This document shows positions 38,692 to 48,615 of a stretch of DNA of 64,000 nucleotides, one piece after another. This DNA comes from Candidatus Latescibacterota bacterium. Its GTDB lineage: Bacteria; Latescibacterota; UBA2968; GCA-2709665. Each line of letters opens with the position of its first letter. Position 1 is the stretch's first letter. The notes under the pieces were generated by a model, which saw only the letters and a list, made by a program, of their open reading frames with translations, ran no database searches and had not been told where the DNA came from. A program made the translations under genes and the position numbers. Where the stretch lies: assembly GCA_965208835.1 (NCBI GenBank), contig OZ242358.1, positions 1,024,001 to 1,088,000 of the forward strand, written 5' to 3'.

Positions 38692-38715
38692 AAAACCCCG
38701 ATCGGATGACCGGGG
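38692..38715 (-). terminator. Hairpin/terminator directly after the tRNA-like element
   Basis: Minus strand CCCCGGTC-ATCC-GATCGGGG-TTTT. Confidence 0.5.
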
Positions 38716-38722
38716 CTCCGGA

Positions 38723-38790
38723 TGGCGCGGCAGAGCGGACTCGAACCCCCAACGGTCTGGTCCGAAGCCGAATGCCGGGCAGTTGCCGCG
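38723..38790 (-). tRNA. Degenerate, D-arm-less tRNA-Arg(UCG)-like element (pseudo-tRNA?)
   Basis: Minus strand CGCGGCA-actgcccggca-TTCGG-CTTCGGA-CCAGA-ccgtt-GGGGG-TTCGAGT-CCGCT-c-TGCCGCG-CCA: acceptor pairing, TCG anticodon loop, T-loop and CCA, but no D arm. Confidence 0.55.
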
Positions 38791-38803
38791 AGAATGTTGT
38801 CCA

Positions 38804-38831
38804 AATATACGTCGCGCGGGCCGCGTCGCAA
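38804..38831 (-). promoter_or_regulatory. Candidate promoter for the tRNA-like element and uvrA
   Basis: Minus strand TTGCGA-16 nt-TATATT, 13 nt upstream of the element. Confidence 0.45.
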
Positions 38832-39128
38832 GCCCAAAAATCGCCACTTGACATTGCCTGAGAAAATCCGAAAATTATGGGCTGGTGTGCAAGATCGGAA
38901 GATCCCATGGGCGCCATTAACCTTAATTCGACAAAAACAGCAACTCGGCGTCCTGAGAAGACCTTCCGAAACGGGCCGAAAAGGGCGTCCAAACGGACAT
39001 CTCTTCCGTTCACGTCCAGTGACGTGAAGTATCCCGGCATTCCGACGTCAAATCGCCTTAATTAACGTGCTTGTATTCGATTCAACTTCCCCGAAAAACG
39101 ACGAATCCTGGTTAATGGGGGGTGTTAA

Positions 39129-40418
39129 GTGGGAGACCTTTCGGCAGCGTTATTCGAAGCTGCGCAGCGGGTGATTCCAGGCGGGGTGAACAGCCCTGCG
39201 CGGGCGTTTGGCCCGGTGGGGGGCCAGCCGCTTTTTATCACGCGGGGACGCGGTTCGAAGGTCTACGATGCAAACGGGCGAGAATATATAGACTACGTCT
39301 GCTCGTGGGGTCCATTGATTCTCGGCCACGCGCCGGAGGTCGTGGTTGAGGCGCTCAAGGGGGTCTGCGAGCATGGTACGAGTTTCGGCGCACCCACGGA
39401 AATTGAAGTCGAAATGGCACGGCTGGTCACCGACCTCGTGCCAGGCGTGGAAATGGTGCGTATGGTGAACTCGGGCACGGAGGCCACGATGTCCGCGGTG
39501 CGCCTGGCCAGGGGGTATACCGGACGGGAGAAGGTCATCAAGTTCGAAGGCTGCTGGCACGGGCACGCGGACAGCTTTTTGATTCAGGCGGGGTCGTCTG
39601 CGCTGACCACGGGCGTGCCCAGCAGCCCGGGCGTGACCGCCGGAACGGCCTCCGGTACGGTCACCGCGACCTACAACGACCTTGACGCGGTCAGGCGGAT
39701 CGTGGCGGAGAATCCGGACGAGATCGCGGCGGTCATCGTAGAGCCGGTGGCTGGAAACATGGGTGTGATTCCCCCGGCGGAGGGGTTCCTGCAAGGGCTG
39801 CGCGAGCTCACCCATGATAACGGTATCGTGGTGATTTTCGACGAGGTCATTACGGGTTTCCGGGTTCATCCTGGCGGCGCCCAGGGGTTATACGGGATTA
39901 CGCCCGATCTGACCACGCTCGGAAAGATTATCGGCGGTGGCCTGCCCGTGGGTGCGTTCGGGGGCCGGCGGGAGATCATGTCGCACATTTCACCGCTGGG
40001 CAAGGGGGTATCGCAGGCAGGGACGCTATCGGGTAATCCTCTTGCGATGACGGCCGGCTTTGAGACGCTGATGCAACTCCGCGAACCGGGCGCCTACGAG
40101 TCGCTCGAGGCAAAATCCGCCGCACTGGAAGCCGGTTTCCGGGAAAACCTGAAGTCGCTCGGGCTGCCCTTCTGCCTGAACCGGGTTGGGTCGATGATGA
40201 CGCTGTTCTTTACGGACCGCGCCGTGACACGATACGAAGCCGCCGTGGCTTGCGACCAGGACGCCTTCGCGCGTTACTTCCGTCTGATGCTGGAACAGGG
40301 TGTGTACCTGGCGCCCTCTCAATTCGAAGCCACATTTGTCTCGCTGGCGCATTCTGATGAGGATATCGACCGAACGGTAAGCGCGCAACTCACGGCCCTG
40401 AAACAATGCGTGGATTGA
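39129..40418 (+). CDS. hemL: Glutamate-1-semialdehyde 2,1-aminomutase
   Basis: [50 protein letters not shown]. Confidence 0.96.
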   Translation: MGDLSAALFEAAQRVIPGGVNSPARAFGPVGGQPLFITRGRGSKVYDANGREYIDYVCSWGPLILGHAPEVVVEALKGVCEHGTSFGAPTEIEVEMARLVTDLVPGVEMVRMVNSGTEATMSAVRLARGYTGREKVIKFEGCWHGHADSFLIQAGSSALTTGVPSSPGVTAGTASGTVTATYNDLDAVRRIVAENPDEIAAVIVEPVAGNMGVIPPAEGFLQGLRELTHDNGIVVIFDEVITGFRVHPGGAQGLYGITPDLTTLGKIIGGGLPVGAFGGRREIMSHISPLGKGVSQAGTLSGNPLAMTAGFETLMQLREPGAYESLEAKSAALEAGFRENLKSLGLPFCLNRVGSMMTLFFTDRAVTRYEAAVACDQDAFARYFRLMLEQGVYLAPSQFEATFVSLAHSDEDIDRTVSAQLTALKQCVD

Positions 40419-40870
40419 AGTTGATTCTCATGTTGTCGCTCGGATTGACGGGATGCGGCGGCGACAATGATCATTTTACGCGGCTCCGGTCCGGAACGCC
40501 GCGGGAACGCGAGGATGCGGCGGCGTATCTGGGCGCGCACCGCGTGCCCGGGGCGGTACCCCATTTGCGCCAGGCGCTGAGAGACACGGTTCCTGAAGTG
40601 CGGGCCAAGGCCGTCTGGGCGCTGGGGATGTTGGGGGCCGGCGAAGCGCTTCCCGATCTGGTGCCGTTCCTCAGAGACAGCAGCCGACGGTTACGCCAGC
40701 AGGCCGCCGTCGCAATCATGCATATCGAACAGCCCGAGGCCATTGCCGTTCTGGAGTTCGCGATGCGGACGGAACGAGATCCGTGGGTCAGGAGCGATCT
40801 GGCAAGGGCTGTAGAGCACCTCAAGCAATTCGTGGGTGAATCGGATATCGCGGAGGGCGCGTTTCGGTAG
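40406..40870 (+). CDS. HEAT-repeat lipoprotein
   Basis: Lipobox LTGC; HEAT repeats ([14 protein letters not shown]). Confidence 0.8.
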   Translation: MRGLKLILMLSLGLTGCGGDNDHFTRLRSGTPREREDAAAYLGAHRVPGAVPHLRQALRDTVPEVRAKAVWALGMLGAGEALPDLVPFLRDSSRRLRQQAAVAIMHIEQPEAIAVLEFAMRTERDPWVRSDLARAVEHLKQFVGESDIAEGAFR

Positions 40871-40975
40871 GCGTCTACTGAGCGTGACGAAGGACATCGA
40901 ACCGCGCAGAACCGTATCGTTGGATGAATGGTGGGATTTTTCGGGGACAGAAGCTAATTCAGGGGTATTGCAATT

Positions 40976-43150
40976 ATGTACAAGTGGATTAAAACTCGCA
41001 TTCTCGTGGCATGCATGGCCGGCGCCTTGCCTATCGGCTGGTCTATGCCCACCGGGGCATCGGACTGGACCCACTGGCGCGGGCCGACGCAGACCGGCGC
41101 GTCTCCGGAAACCGGTCTGATTTCCAGCTGGTCTCCGGACGGAGAGGGCATGGCCTGGCGGTCGGAGTTCATCGGCCGTTCCACGCCGGTGATTGTAAAC
41201 GGGCGGGTCTACGTAATCGGAAGAACCGGGGAGGGAGTATCCCGGCAGGAACACGTCGCCTGTTTTGACGCGGAGACCGGACGGCTGGTGTGGGAGCGCA
41301 AGTTCAATGTGTGGCATTCCACCATAACGTTCAACCGCCTGGGCTGGGCGAATCTGGGCGCCGACGCGGAAACCGGCTATGTGTACGCGCACCTGGTGAA
41401 CGGTCTGCTCCTGTGTTTCGACGGTGACGGCAGGATCCTGTGGACCAGGTCGTTGACCGAGGAATTCAACAGGTTTTCGGGCTATGGAGGCAGGCTTCAT
41501 ACCCCCGTGGTCGACGGTGACCTGGTGGTCATCAGCATGGGAAACCGGGGCTGGGCGGACCGCCCGCCCTCCCACCGGTACATGGCCTTCGACAAGCGGA
41601 CTGGAGAGACTGTTTGGATGTCGCGACCGGGCGGGGGCGGGCAGGCCGATCTGACCGTATATTCCACGCCGATCGCGGCGACTGTCGACGGCCGTAGGCT
41701 GTTGATCGCGGGGAACGGAAACGGAGGGATTTTCGCCTTCAAGGCCTCGACGGGCGAGGTCGTATGGGGTTTCCCCTTAAGCAAACGGGGTATCAACACC
41801 TCTCCGGTTGCGGCTGACAATCGCGTTTACGCGACCCACAGCGAAGAGAACCTGGACAATACCACGATGGGCCGGGTCGTTTGCCTCGATGCGGGTACCG
41901 GAAAAGAAATCTGGCGCCAAGACGGGATCGCGGCAGGGTATGCTTCTCCCGCCCTGCACGCGGGGCGTTTGTACGTCATCGACAATTCGGCCAACGTTCA
42001 CTGCCTGGACGCGGAGTCCGGTAGGAAGTACTGGGAGCAGAATATCGGTACGGTAGGCAAGGGCTCTCCTACGTGGGCGGATGGCAAACTATACGTCACG
42101 GAAGTCAACGGCGGATTCCGGATCCTCAACGTGAATGACGCGGGTGCGAACGTTCTGGACGAGGAAAAGGTCCTGATGCCCGGCGGGAGGCCCGCTGAAA
42201 TCTACGGTTCGGTCGCCATCGCATACGGCCGGGTCTACTTCGCAACCGAAGCGGGATTGTTCTGCCTGGGAGACCGGGAATCTGCGTTCACGCCAAAGTC
42301 CACGCCTTATGCAGGGCCCCCGCGTACACCGTCCCGCGCCGAACCTGCCGCGCTACTGGTCTCGCCGGCCGAGAAGACAATGACATCGGACGAGACGCTG
42401 ACGCTGAGCGCCCGGGCGTACGACACGCAGGGACGGTTGATTGGAGAGGTCGACGCGGAGTGGGCCCTCGACCGACTGATGGGAAAGATAGAGAACGGCC
42501 GGTTCACGCCGGCGAATCCCGGACAGGCCGGGTGGGTGATTGCCACCTCCGGTGCATTGACCGCGCGGTCATGGGTGCGGGTGGTCCCCTCACTACCGTG
42601 GACGGAGGACTTCGAAGGGATCCCTGCGGGTGGAAATCCGCGCCACTGGGTGTGGGGCGGCAGAGGATTCAGGGTCGACGAACAGGATGGCAACAGGGTC
42701 CTGGTTAAGCCACCAGCGGCGCGCGGACTGGACAGGTCCAATCTGTATATCGGACCACCTCATTTGAAAGGATACACAGTCCAGGCCGATCTGATGGGGG
42801 GCAGGCGCAGACGGTGGCTGCCGGACATGGGCCTGATCGCTCACCGATACCTCCTGGATCTACAGGGCGCATACCAGCGGCTGGAAGTCCGGTCGTGGTC
42901 CTCGGATCTGCGGATGGTGCAGCGCGTCCCCTTCGAATGGGAACCAGATGTGTGGTATACCATGAAGATGAGGGTGGACGTCGAGGCCGGTCGGGCCGTT
43001 GTCCGGGGTAAAGTCTGGAAGCGCGGCGACGCGGAGCCCGACGCCTGGACGATCGAGGCGGAGGACCCGCTGCCTATACGGGAAGGGAGCCCCGGGATTT
43101 ACGGGTACTCGCCGGCGAATATCTACTATGACAACGTAAGCGTGTACTGA
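40976..43150 (+). CDS. Secreted PQQ-like (BamB-type) beta-propeller protein with C-terminal beta-sandwich domains
   Basis: Signal peptide; DWTHWRGP; repeated CxDAxTGxxxW and S/TP blades. Confidence 0.85.
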   Translation: MYKWIKTRILVACMAGALPIGWSMPTGASDWTHWRGPTQTGASPETGLISSWSPDGEGMAWRSEFIGRSTPVIVNGRVYVIGRTGEGVSRQEHVACFDAETGRLVWERKFNVWHSTITFNRLGWANLGADAETGYVYAHLVNGLLLCFDGDGRILWTRSLTEEFNRFSGYGGRLHTPVVDGDLVVISMGNRGWADRPPSHRYMAFDKRTGETVWMSRPGGGGQADLTVYSTPIAATVDGRRLLIAGNGNGGIFAFKASTGEVVWGFPLSKRGINTSPVAADNRVYATHSEENLDNTTMGRVVCLDAGTGKEIWRQDGIAAGYASPALHAGRLYVIDNSANVHCLDAESGRKYWEQNIGTVGKGSPTWADGKLYVTEVNGGFRILNVNDAGANVLDEEKVLMPGGRPAEIYGSVAIAYGRVYFATEAGLFCLGDRESAFTPKSTPYAGPPRTPSRAEPAALLVSPAEKTMTSDETLTLSARAYDTQGRLIGEVDAEWALDRLMGKIENGRFTPANPGQAGWVIATSGALTARSWVRVVPSLPWTEDFEGIPAGGNPRHWVWGGRGFRVDEQDGNRVLVKPPAARGLDRSNLYIGPPHLKGYTVQADLMGGRRRRWLPDMGLIAHRYLLDLQGAYQRLEVRSWSSDLRMVQRVPFEWEPDVWYTMKMRVDVEAGRAVVRGKVWKRGDAEPDAWTIEAEDPLPIREGSPGIYGYSPANIYYDNVSVY

Positions 43151-43224
43151 ACGGGCTTTGGTTCGGATGGGCTTGTTCAATGTGCAACCAATACGAACAA
43201 AGATACCTGGAGAAGAATACAACT

Positions 43225-44652
43225 ATGAAATCAGGATGGATATACAGCGTCGTCGTCATCATGTTCTGGGCGGTTTCCGGCGTGTGCGCCCAGGAAACCT
43301 CGATGTGGGGATTCACGCCCTCACGAAACCTGGTGTCCGACGAGACAGATCTGCCAGCGGACTGGGATCCGGCAACGGGCAGGAATATCAAGTGGAAGGC
43401 CGCCCTCGGCTCCCAGTCCTACGCCGGTCCGGTACTGCTGGGCGGGAAGGTGTTTATGGGGACGAACAACCGCGCCGAACGAAATCCCGATATCCGGGGA
43501 GACCGTGGCGTGATAATGGCGTTCCGGGAAACCGACGGGAAGTTCCTGTGGCAGTCGGCCCATCCGAAGCTGCCCGCCGGAAGGGTGAACGACTGGCCTT
43601 TGCAGGGAATCTGCTCCGCGCCGTTTGTCCAGGACGAACGGCTGTACTACGTTTCCAACCAGGGCCGCGTCGTCTGTGCGGATACCGAGGGTTTTCTGGA
43701 TTCGGAGAACGACGGGCCGTACCAGGGTGAGGACGTGACCGGTGAAATCGGCGTGGATATCGTCTGGGAATTCGACATGATGAATGAGCTGGACGTGTTC
43801 CCTCACAATCTGGCCACGTGTTCTCCCGTGGGAGCGGACGGCCTGCTGTTCGTGATTACCAGCAACGGCGTGGATGAGGGCCACGTTGCCATCCCTTCTC
43901 CCCTCGCGCCCAGTTTCATTGCACTCAGCCTGAAGACCGGGAAACTCGCCTGGGAAAAGGCTTATCCCGGCACGAATATCCTGCACGGGCAGTGGTCCAA
44001 CCCGGCCTACGGAACGATCAACGGCCAACCCCAGGTCATCCTTCCGGGCGGGGACGGCTGGGTCTATGCCGTGGCACCGAAAACGGGTGAATTGATCTGG
44101 AAGTTCGACTGCAATCCGAAGGACTCCGTGTGGGAGCTGGGCGGACGGGGTACCCGAAACGCGATTATCGCCACGCCCGTGATCTACGAAAACAAGGTCT
44201 TTATCGGGGTGGGGCAGGACCCCGAACACGGCGAAGGGGTGGGTCATCTGTGGGCGATTGACGCTACCGGAACGGGCGACGTTACGGACACCCATGCCGT
44301 CTGGCACCTGGGAGGCAGGGATTTCAACCGGACGATGTCAACGGTCGCCATCCACGACGGGCTTCTGTATGCGGCAGACCTGAGCGGATTCGTGTATTGC
44401 CTGGATCTGAAGACAGGGAAGCCGCACTGGACCTACGACGCCTATGCCGCCATCTGGGGCTCACCGTTCGTCGCCGACGGAAAGGTTTACATTGGCGACG
44501 AGGACGGTGACGTGATGATCTTCAAGGCATCGTCGAAGCTTGAGAAGATCAACGAAGTCAATATGGGCAGCGCGGTATACACAACACCCGTTGCGAGAGA
44601 CGGGGTGCTGTACATCGGGACCCGGAACACGCTGTACGCAATAGCCGAATAA
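43225..44652 (+). CDS. Secreted PQQ-like (BamB-type) beta-propeller protein
   Basis: Signal peptide; NIKWKAALGSQSY; repeated TGKxxW blades; GSPFVADGKVYIGD. Confidence 0.85.
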   Translation: MKSGWIYSVVVIMFWAVSGVCAQETSMWGFTPSRNLVSDETDLPADWDPATGRNIKWKAALGSQSYAGPVLLGGKVFMGTNNRAERNPDIRGDRGVIMAFRETDGKFLWQSAHPKLPAGRVNDWPLQGICSAPFVQDERLYYVSNQGRVVCADTEGFLDSENDGPYQGEDVTGEIGVDIVWEFDMMNELDVFPHNLATCSPVGADGLLFVITSNGVDEGHVAIPSPLAPSFIALSLKTGKLAWEKAYPGTNILHGQWSNPAYGTINGQPQVILPGGDGWVYAVAPKTGELIWKFDCNPKDSVWELGGRGTRNAIIATPVIYENKVFIGVGQDPEHGEGVGHLWAIDATGTGDVTDTHAVWHLGGRDFNRTMSTVAIHDGLLYAADLSGFVYCLDLKTGKPHWTYDAYAAIWGSPFVADGKVYIGDEDGDVMIFKASSKLEKINEVNMGSAVYTTPVARDGVLYIGTRNTLYAIAE

Positions 44653-44763
44653 CGGCCTGCGGTGAGACGGGCGCGCCCGTCCGAAGTATTGATTTCCGGA
44701 CTTGCGCGTGGAGATGGAAGAATCGCCTCGCCCCGCAGTCGTCATTCGACCCTCGAGGCTGGA

Positions 44764-45498
44764 ATGCTGCTGGAAAAGAAGGTGATTCTGGTAACCGGAG
44801 GCGCCTCGGGCATCGGCCGCGCGGCGTCGTTCTGTTGTGCGCGGGCCGGCGCCCTCGTGGCCGTGGCGGACTGCGACCGGGACGGCGTTTCAGCGACCGT
44901 AGGTGAAATCGAGGGGTCCGGGGGTGAAGCCCGCGGTTTCGCGGTGGACGTACGGGAGGAGGCCGGCGTCCGGGCGATGGTGGAGGACGTGGTCCACGCG
45001 TTCGGACGTATCGATGGTCTGATTCACTCTGCGGGGATTCTCGAAGGAGCGCTGGTCCCTGTCGACCTGTTCGAAGCGGATACATGGGATCGCGTATTGG
45101 ACGTGAATCTGAAAGGCAGTTTCCTGCTGTGCAAACACGTGGCGCCGGTTCTGGAGCGGTCTGGCGGAGGGGCGCTGGTTCTGGTGTCATCCGGCGCCGG
45201 GGTCCGGGGAAGCAGTTCGTCCGCGGCCTACGGTTCGAGCAAGGGGGGCGTACACGGCCTCTCTCTGGTGCTCGCGCAGCAGCTGGCTTCCAGGGGCATC
45301 CGGGTGAATGCGCTGTGTCCGGGAAGCCTCGAAACACCGCTGAAAATGGAAGTTTTAAAGAAGCAGGCGGAACTGGAGGGGCGGTGCCTGCAGGAAATGA
45401 GAGCCGGGCTGGGTAAGCCCGAGGGTGTGGGAAGGGTGCTCGCGTTTCTGGTCTCTGACGATGCGGACTACGTAAGGGGTACCGTTTTTACGAGATGA
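44764..45498 (+). CDS. SDR family oxidoreductase
   Basis: VTGGASGIG, AYGSSKGG, RVNALCPG. Confidence 0.9.
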   Translation: MLLEKKVILVTGGASGIGRAASFCCARAGALVAVADCDRDGVSATVGEIEGSGGEARGFAVDVREEAGVRAMVEDVVHAFGRIDGLIHSAGILEGALVPVDLFEADTWDRVLDVNLKGSFLLCKHVAPVLERSGGGALVLVSSGAGVRGSSSSAAYGSSKGGVHGLSLVLAQQLASRGIRVNALCPGSLETPLKMEVLKKQAELEGRCLQEMRAGLGKPEGVGRVLAFLVSDDADYVRGTVFTR

Positions 45499-45619
45499 CC
45501 TGCGCTAACAGCCCGTTCCCGGACGCGCGGTCGTCGGGACGGTCCGGACCTTTGTGCCGGCCGGCGGGTCCTTTTGCCTGCGGTGACGAAATCGACAAAC
45601 GGGGAAAGCGAGGTAACGA

Positions 45620-46903
45620 ATGCAGCGCACGATGAAAATCGCACTGATCGGCGCGGGGATGTTTGGCGGCGACGTACACGCGAGGGCATTCGCGGATCTG
45701 CAGCGGATGGGAATTAGCGGAAACCTCGGACGGGTGGGGCTGGACCGGTGGGCGCGGGACCTGGCGGATATACAGTTCGACCTGGTGGCCGTGGCCACGC
45801 GGTCTCAGGCGTCGGCGGAACGGGCGCGCGGGAACTTCAAGGCGTCCACCGGGCGCGAGCCGAGAGCCTATTGGGGAGAAAAACCCTGGGAGGACGTGTT
45901 GCGCGACGTTCCCGATCTGGACGTCATGGCCGTGGTCACGCCGGATCACCTGCATACGGAGGTGACGCTGGCCGCGTTGCGAAACGGTACGCACGTGGTC
46001 ATGGAAAAACCGATGTGTCTTTCGATCGAGGAGGCGGACGAAATCATTGAACTGGCCGACGCAAAGGGACTGGTGGTCTGCGTGGATATGCACAAGCGGT
46101 ACGATCCCGACCATCTGCGCGTCCAGAACGATCTCTCCACACGGATCGGAGAGCCGCTCTATGGACAGGCCGTGCTCGAAGAGCCGCTTGAAGTGTCCAC
46201 GAGTACGTTCAAGTGGGCGGAACAGAGCGACCCGTTCAGCTACGTCGGTCCACACTGGACGGACCTGATTTACAGCTATTTCAGGAGCAAACCGGTCGCG
46301 CTTTCCGCTGTCGGCCAGAAGAAGCGGCTGGTTCGCGAAGGCATTGATGCCTACGACGCGGTTCAGGTGCGCGTGGAGTTCGAGAACGGCATGAGCATCT
46401 ATTTCCATAATAACTGGATCACGCCCGACGACTTCGAGGGCCCCGTGAATCAGGGTCACGAAATTGTGGGTACCGACGGCAAGGTGGAGTCCGACCAGCA
46501 GTACCGGGGTCTGCGATTCTGGTACAACGGGGGCGGCAGCCGAACCGTGAACAATCACATGACGCGCGACGTCAGACGTCCGGACGGGTCGGAGGCGTAT
46601 ATCGGATACGGCGTGGATAGCATCACGGTGGGCCTTGTTGCCGCCTGCCGGATCAAGTTTCAGGGGGAGACGCGGGAGGACGTGGACGGGATCTATCCGA
46701 CCGCGGCGGACGGGCGGATCACGGTTGCGATCGTCGACGCGGCCAGGCGGGTGAGGGACCTGAACTTCAAGTATCTGCAGGAGGGCAAGGGGACGCCGGT
46801 GACGGCCCGATTCGGGGATGACGGCATCACCCTCATCGATCCCTGCCGGATTGACGAGGGACCGGAAGCGGTCTTTCAGCGTATTTACAAAAAGCCGATA
46901 TAG
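45620..46903 (+). CDS. Gfo/Idh/MocA family oxidoreductase (long variant)
   Basis: LIGAGMFG, VTPDHLH, MEKP, DMHKRYDP, VGPHWTD. Confidence 0.88.
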   Translation: MQRTMKIALIGAGMFGGDVHARAFADLQRMGISGNLGRVGLDRWARDLADIQFDLVAVATRSQASAERARGNFKASTGREPRAYWGEKPWEDVLRDVPDLDVMAVVTPDHLHTEVTLAALRNGTHVVMEKPMCLSIEEADEIIELADAKGLVVCVDMHKRYDPDHLRVQNDLSTRIGEPLYGQAVLEEPLEVSTSTFKWAEQSDPFSYVGPHWTDLIYSYFRSKPVALSAVGQKKRLVREGIDAYDAVQVRVEFENGMSIYFHNNWITPDDFEGPVNQGHEIVGTDGKVESDQQYRGLRFWYNGGGSRTVNNHMTRDVRRPDGSEAYIGYGVDSITVGLVAACRIKFQGETREDVDGIYPTAADGRITVAIVDAARRVRDLNFKYLQEGKGTPVTARFGDDGITLIDPCRIDEGPEAVFQRIYKKPI

Positions 46904-47057
46904 TGTCCTGTCCCAAAAATCCCTCACCATTCGACCGCCGACTCATCCCGTCTCGCTACGTTCCCCTCGCTCGCCGACCTTGCGCAGGTCGGAGGCGCCT
47001 TGCGAGACGGGCGACTCGGCGGTCGAATTCAGGCAACTTATTTCCGGGACAGAACAA
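46903..47057 (+). mobile_element. MITE family B, copy 2
   Basis: TIR GTGTCCTGTCCC / GGGACAGAACAA, TA on both flanks; left TA+G forms the upstream gene's TAG stop. Confidence 0.85.
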
Positions 47058-47146
47058 TAGCGGCGGAGCGAATCGGGTCGTGAGACGCCGCGCCGGCGGG
47101 TTCGGACGGCAAATTGCGGTCCGACGCTTTTATTCAGGAGAATGCG

Positions 47147-48517
47147 ATGGGCAGGGAGTTCGATATCACACCCCGTGAGGTTCCCCGCGTAGACACGAAA
47201 TACAGGCGAATCGTCTCCAGATTGCCCCATCCGGAGTCGGTTCCCGTACTCGAGGCGTTGCGGACTTACGAACCGACTTCGATGCGAGGGCAGCCGCCCG
47301 TCGTGTGGGATCGGGCGGAGGACGTCCGTGTCTACGACATGTACGGGAATATGTGGCTGGATTGGAGTTCCGGGGTGCTGGTGACCAACGCGGGCCACGG
47401 GATGCCGGAGGTCAGGAAGGCGATCCTGGATCAGGTCAACAACGGACTTCTGCACAGTTACGTGTTCCCCAACGCCGCGAGGGCACAGCTCGCCGAGTTT
47501 CTGATTCGGCTGGCGCCGGACGGGCTGGACAAGGTGTTTCTGCTGACAACGGGTTCGGAAGCGACCGAGAACGCAATCAAGTTGGCGCGCACCTGGGGAA
47601 TCGCGCAGGGCGGGAGCCGCAAGATCGGGATCGTGGGATTTGAACGGGGGTTCCATGGGCGAACGCTTGGGGCGCAGCAGGCCGGCGGCATGCCGGGGCA
47701 GAAGGATTGGGTTGTAAACGAGGATCCCGCCATCGTACAGGCTGCCTTTCCAGACGGGTACTGGACAGGGAATACCGATTTCGACCACTTCTGCACGACC
47801 CTGAATGAAAAGGGCATGAATGCCGACGACGTCGCAGGGGTGATTGTGGAGACCTATCAAGGCGTGGGCCCGGACTTTCTGCCTGTCGAATACGCGCAGG
47901 CCCTGGCCGAATGGTGTCGGGCGCACGGGGCTCTGCTGATCTTCGACGAAGTCCAGGCGGGGTTCGGAAGAACCGGAACCATGTGGGGTTTCGAGCACTA
48001 CGGCATCACTCCGGACCTGATCACGTTCGGTAAAGGCGTGAGCAGCTCCCTCCCGCTTTCGGGCGTGATCGGCCGGACGGAAGTGATGGATCAATATCCT
48101 CCCGGATCCATGACCAGCACACATACAGGCAATCCGGTCTGCGCGGCAGCGGCGCTGGCCAGCCTGAAGAAAATCGTGGGGGACGACCTGGCGGCCAATG
48201 CCGCCCGGATGGAGCCGGCGATGATGGAAGGATTGCGCGCGATTCAGGCACGTCATCCGCAGGTGATCGGCAATTGCACTGGCAGGGGACTGGTCGCGGG
48301 GCTGCAGATGGTCAGGCCGGGTCTGAAGGAGCCGGATCCGGACCTGGCGTTCGACGTGGTCGAACGCTGCTTTCACAAGGGACTGCTGTTTTTCGCGCCG
48401 GTGGGGTCCTGGGGGCAGACCGTAAAGATCTCGCCGCCCCTGACCATTACCGCGGAAGCCGTGGTCGACGGACTGGCGGTACTTGGCGAGGCCGTGGACC
48501 AGGCGGCCGGAATCTGA
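47147..48517 (+). CDS. Class-III PLP aminotransferase
   Basis: DWSSGV, GFHGRT, ETYQG, FDEVQAGFGRTG, FGKG. Confidence 0.92.
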   Translation: MGREFDITPREVPRVDTKYRRIVSRLPHPESVPVLEALRTYEPTSMRGQPPVVWDRAEDVRVYDMYGNMWLDWSSGVLVTNAGHGMPEVRKAILDQVNNGLLHSYVFPNAARAQLAEFLIRLAPDGLDKVFLLTTGSEATENAIKLARTWGIAQGGSRKIGIVGFERGFHGRTLGAQQAGGMPGQKDWVVNEDPAIVQAAFPDGYWTGNTDFDHFCTTLNEKGMNADDVAGVIVETYQGVGPDFLPVEYAQALAEWCRAHGALLIFDEVQAGFGRTGTMWGFEHYGITPDLITFGKGVSSSLPLSGVIGRTEVMDQYPPGSMTSTHTGNPVCAAAALASLKKIVGDDLAANAARMEPAMMEGLRAIQARHPQVIGNCTGRGLVAGLQMVRPGLKEPDPDLAFDVVERCFHKGLLFFAPVGSWGQTVKISPPLTITAEAVVDGLAVLGEAVDQAAGI

Positions 48518-48615
48518 ACGGAAGCCGGACCCGTCGGGGCAAAACGGTATGAATCAGGAGAAAAGGCGGGCGGTGGGGATCGTCGCTCGCTTTTCGTCTG
48601 TACGGAGGAACGACA

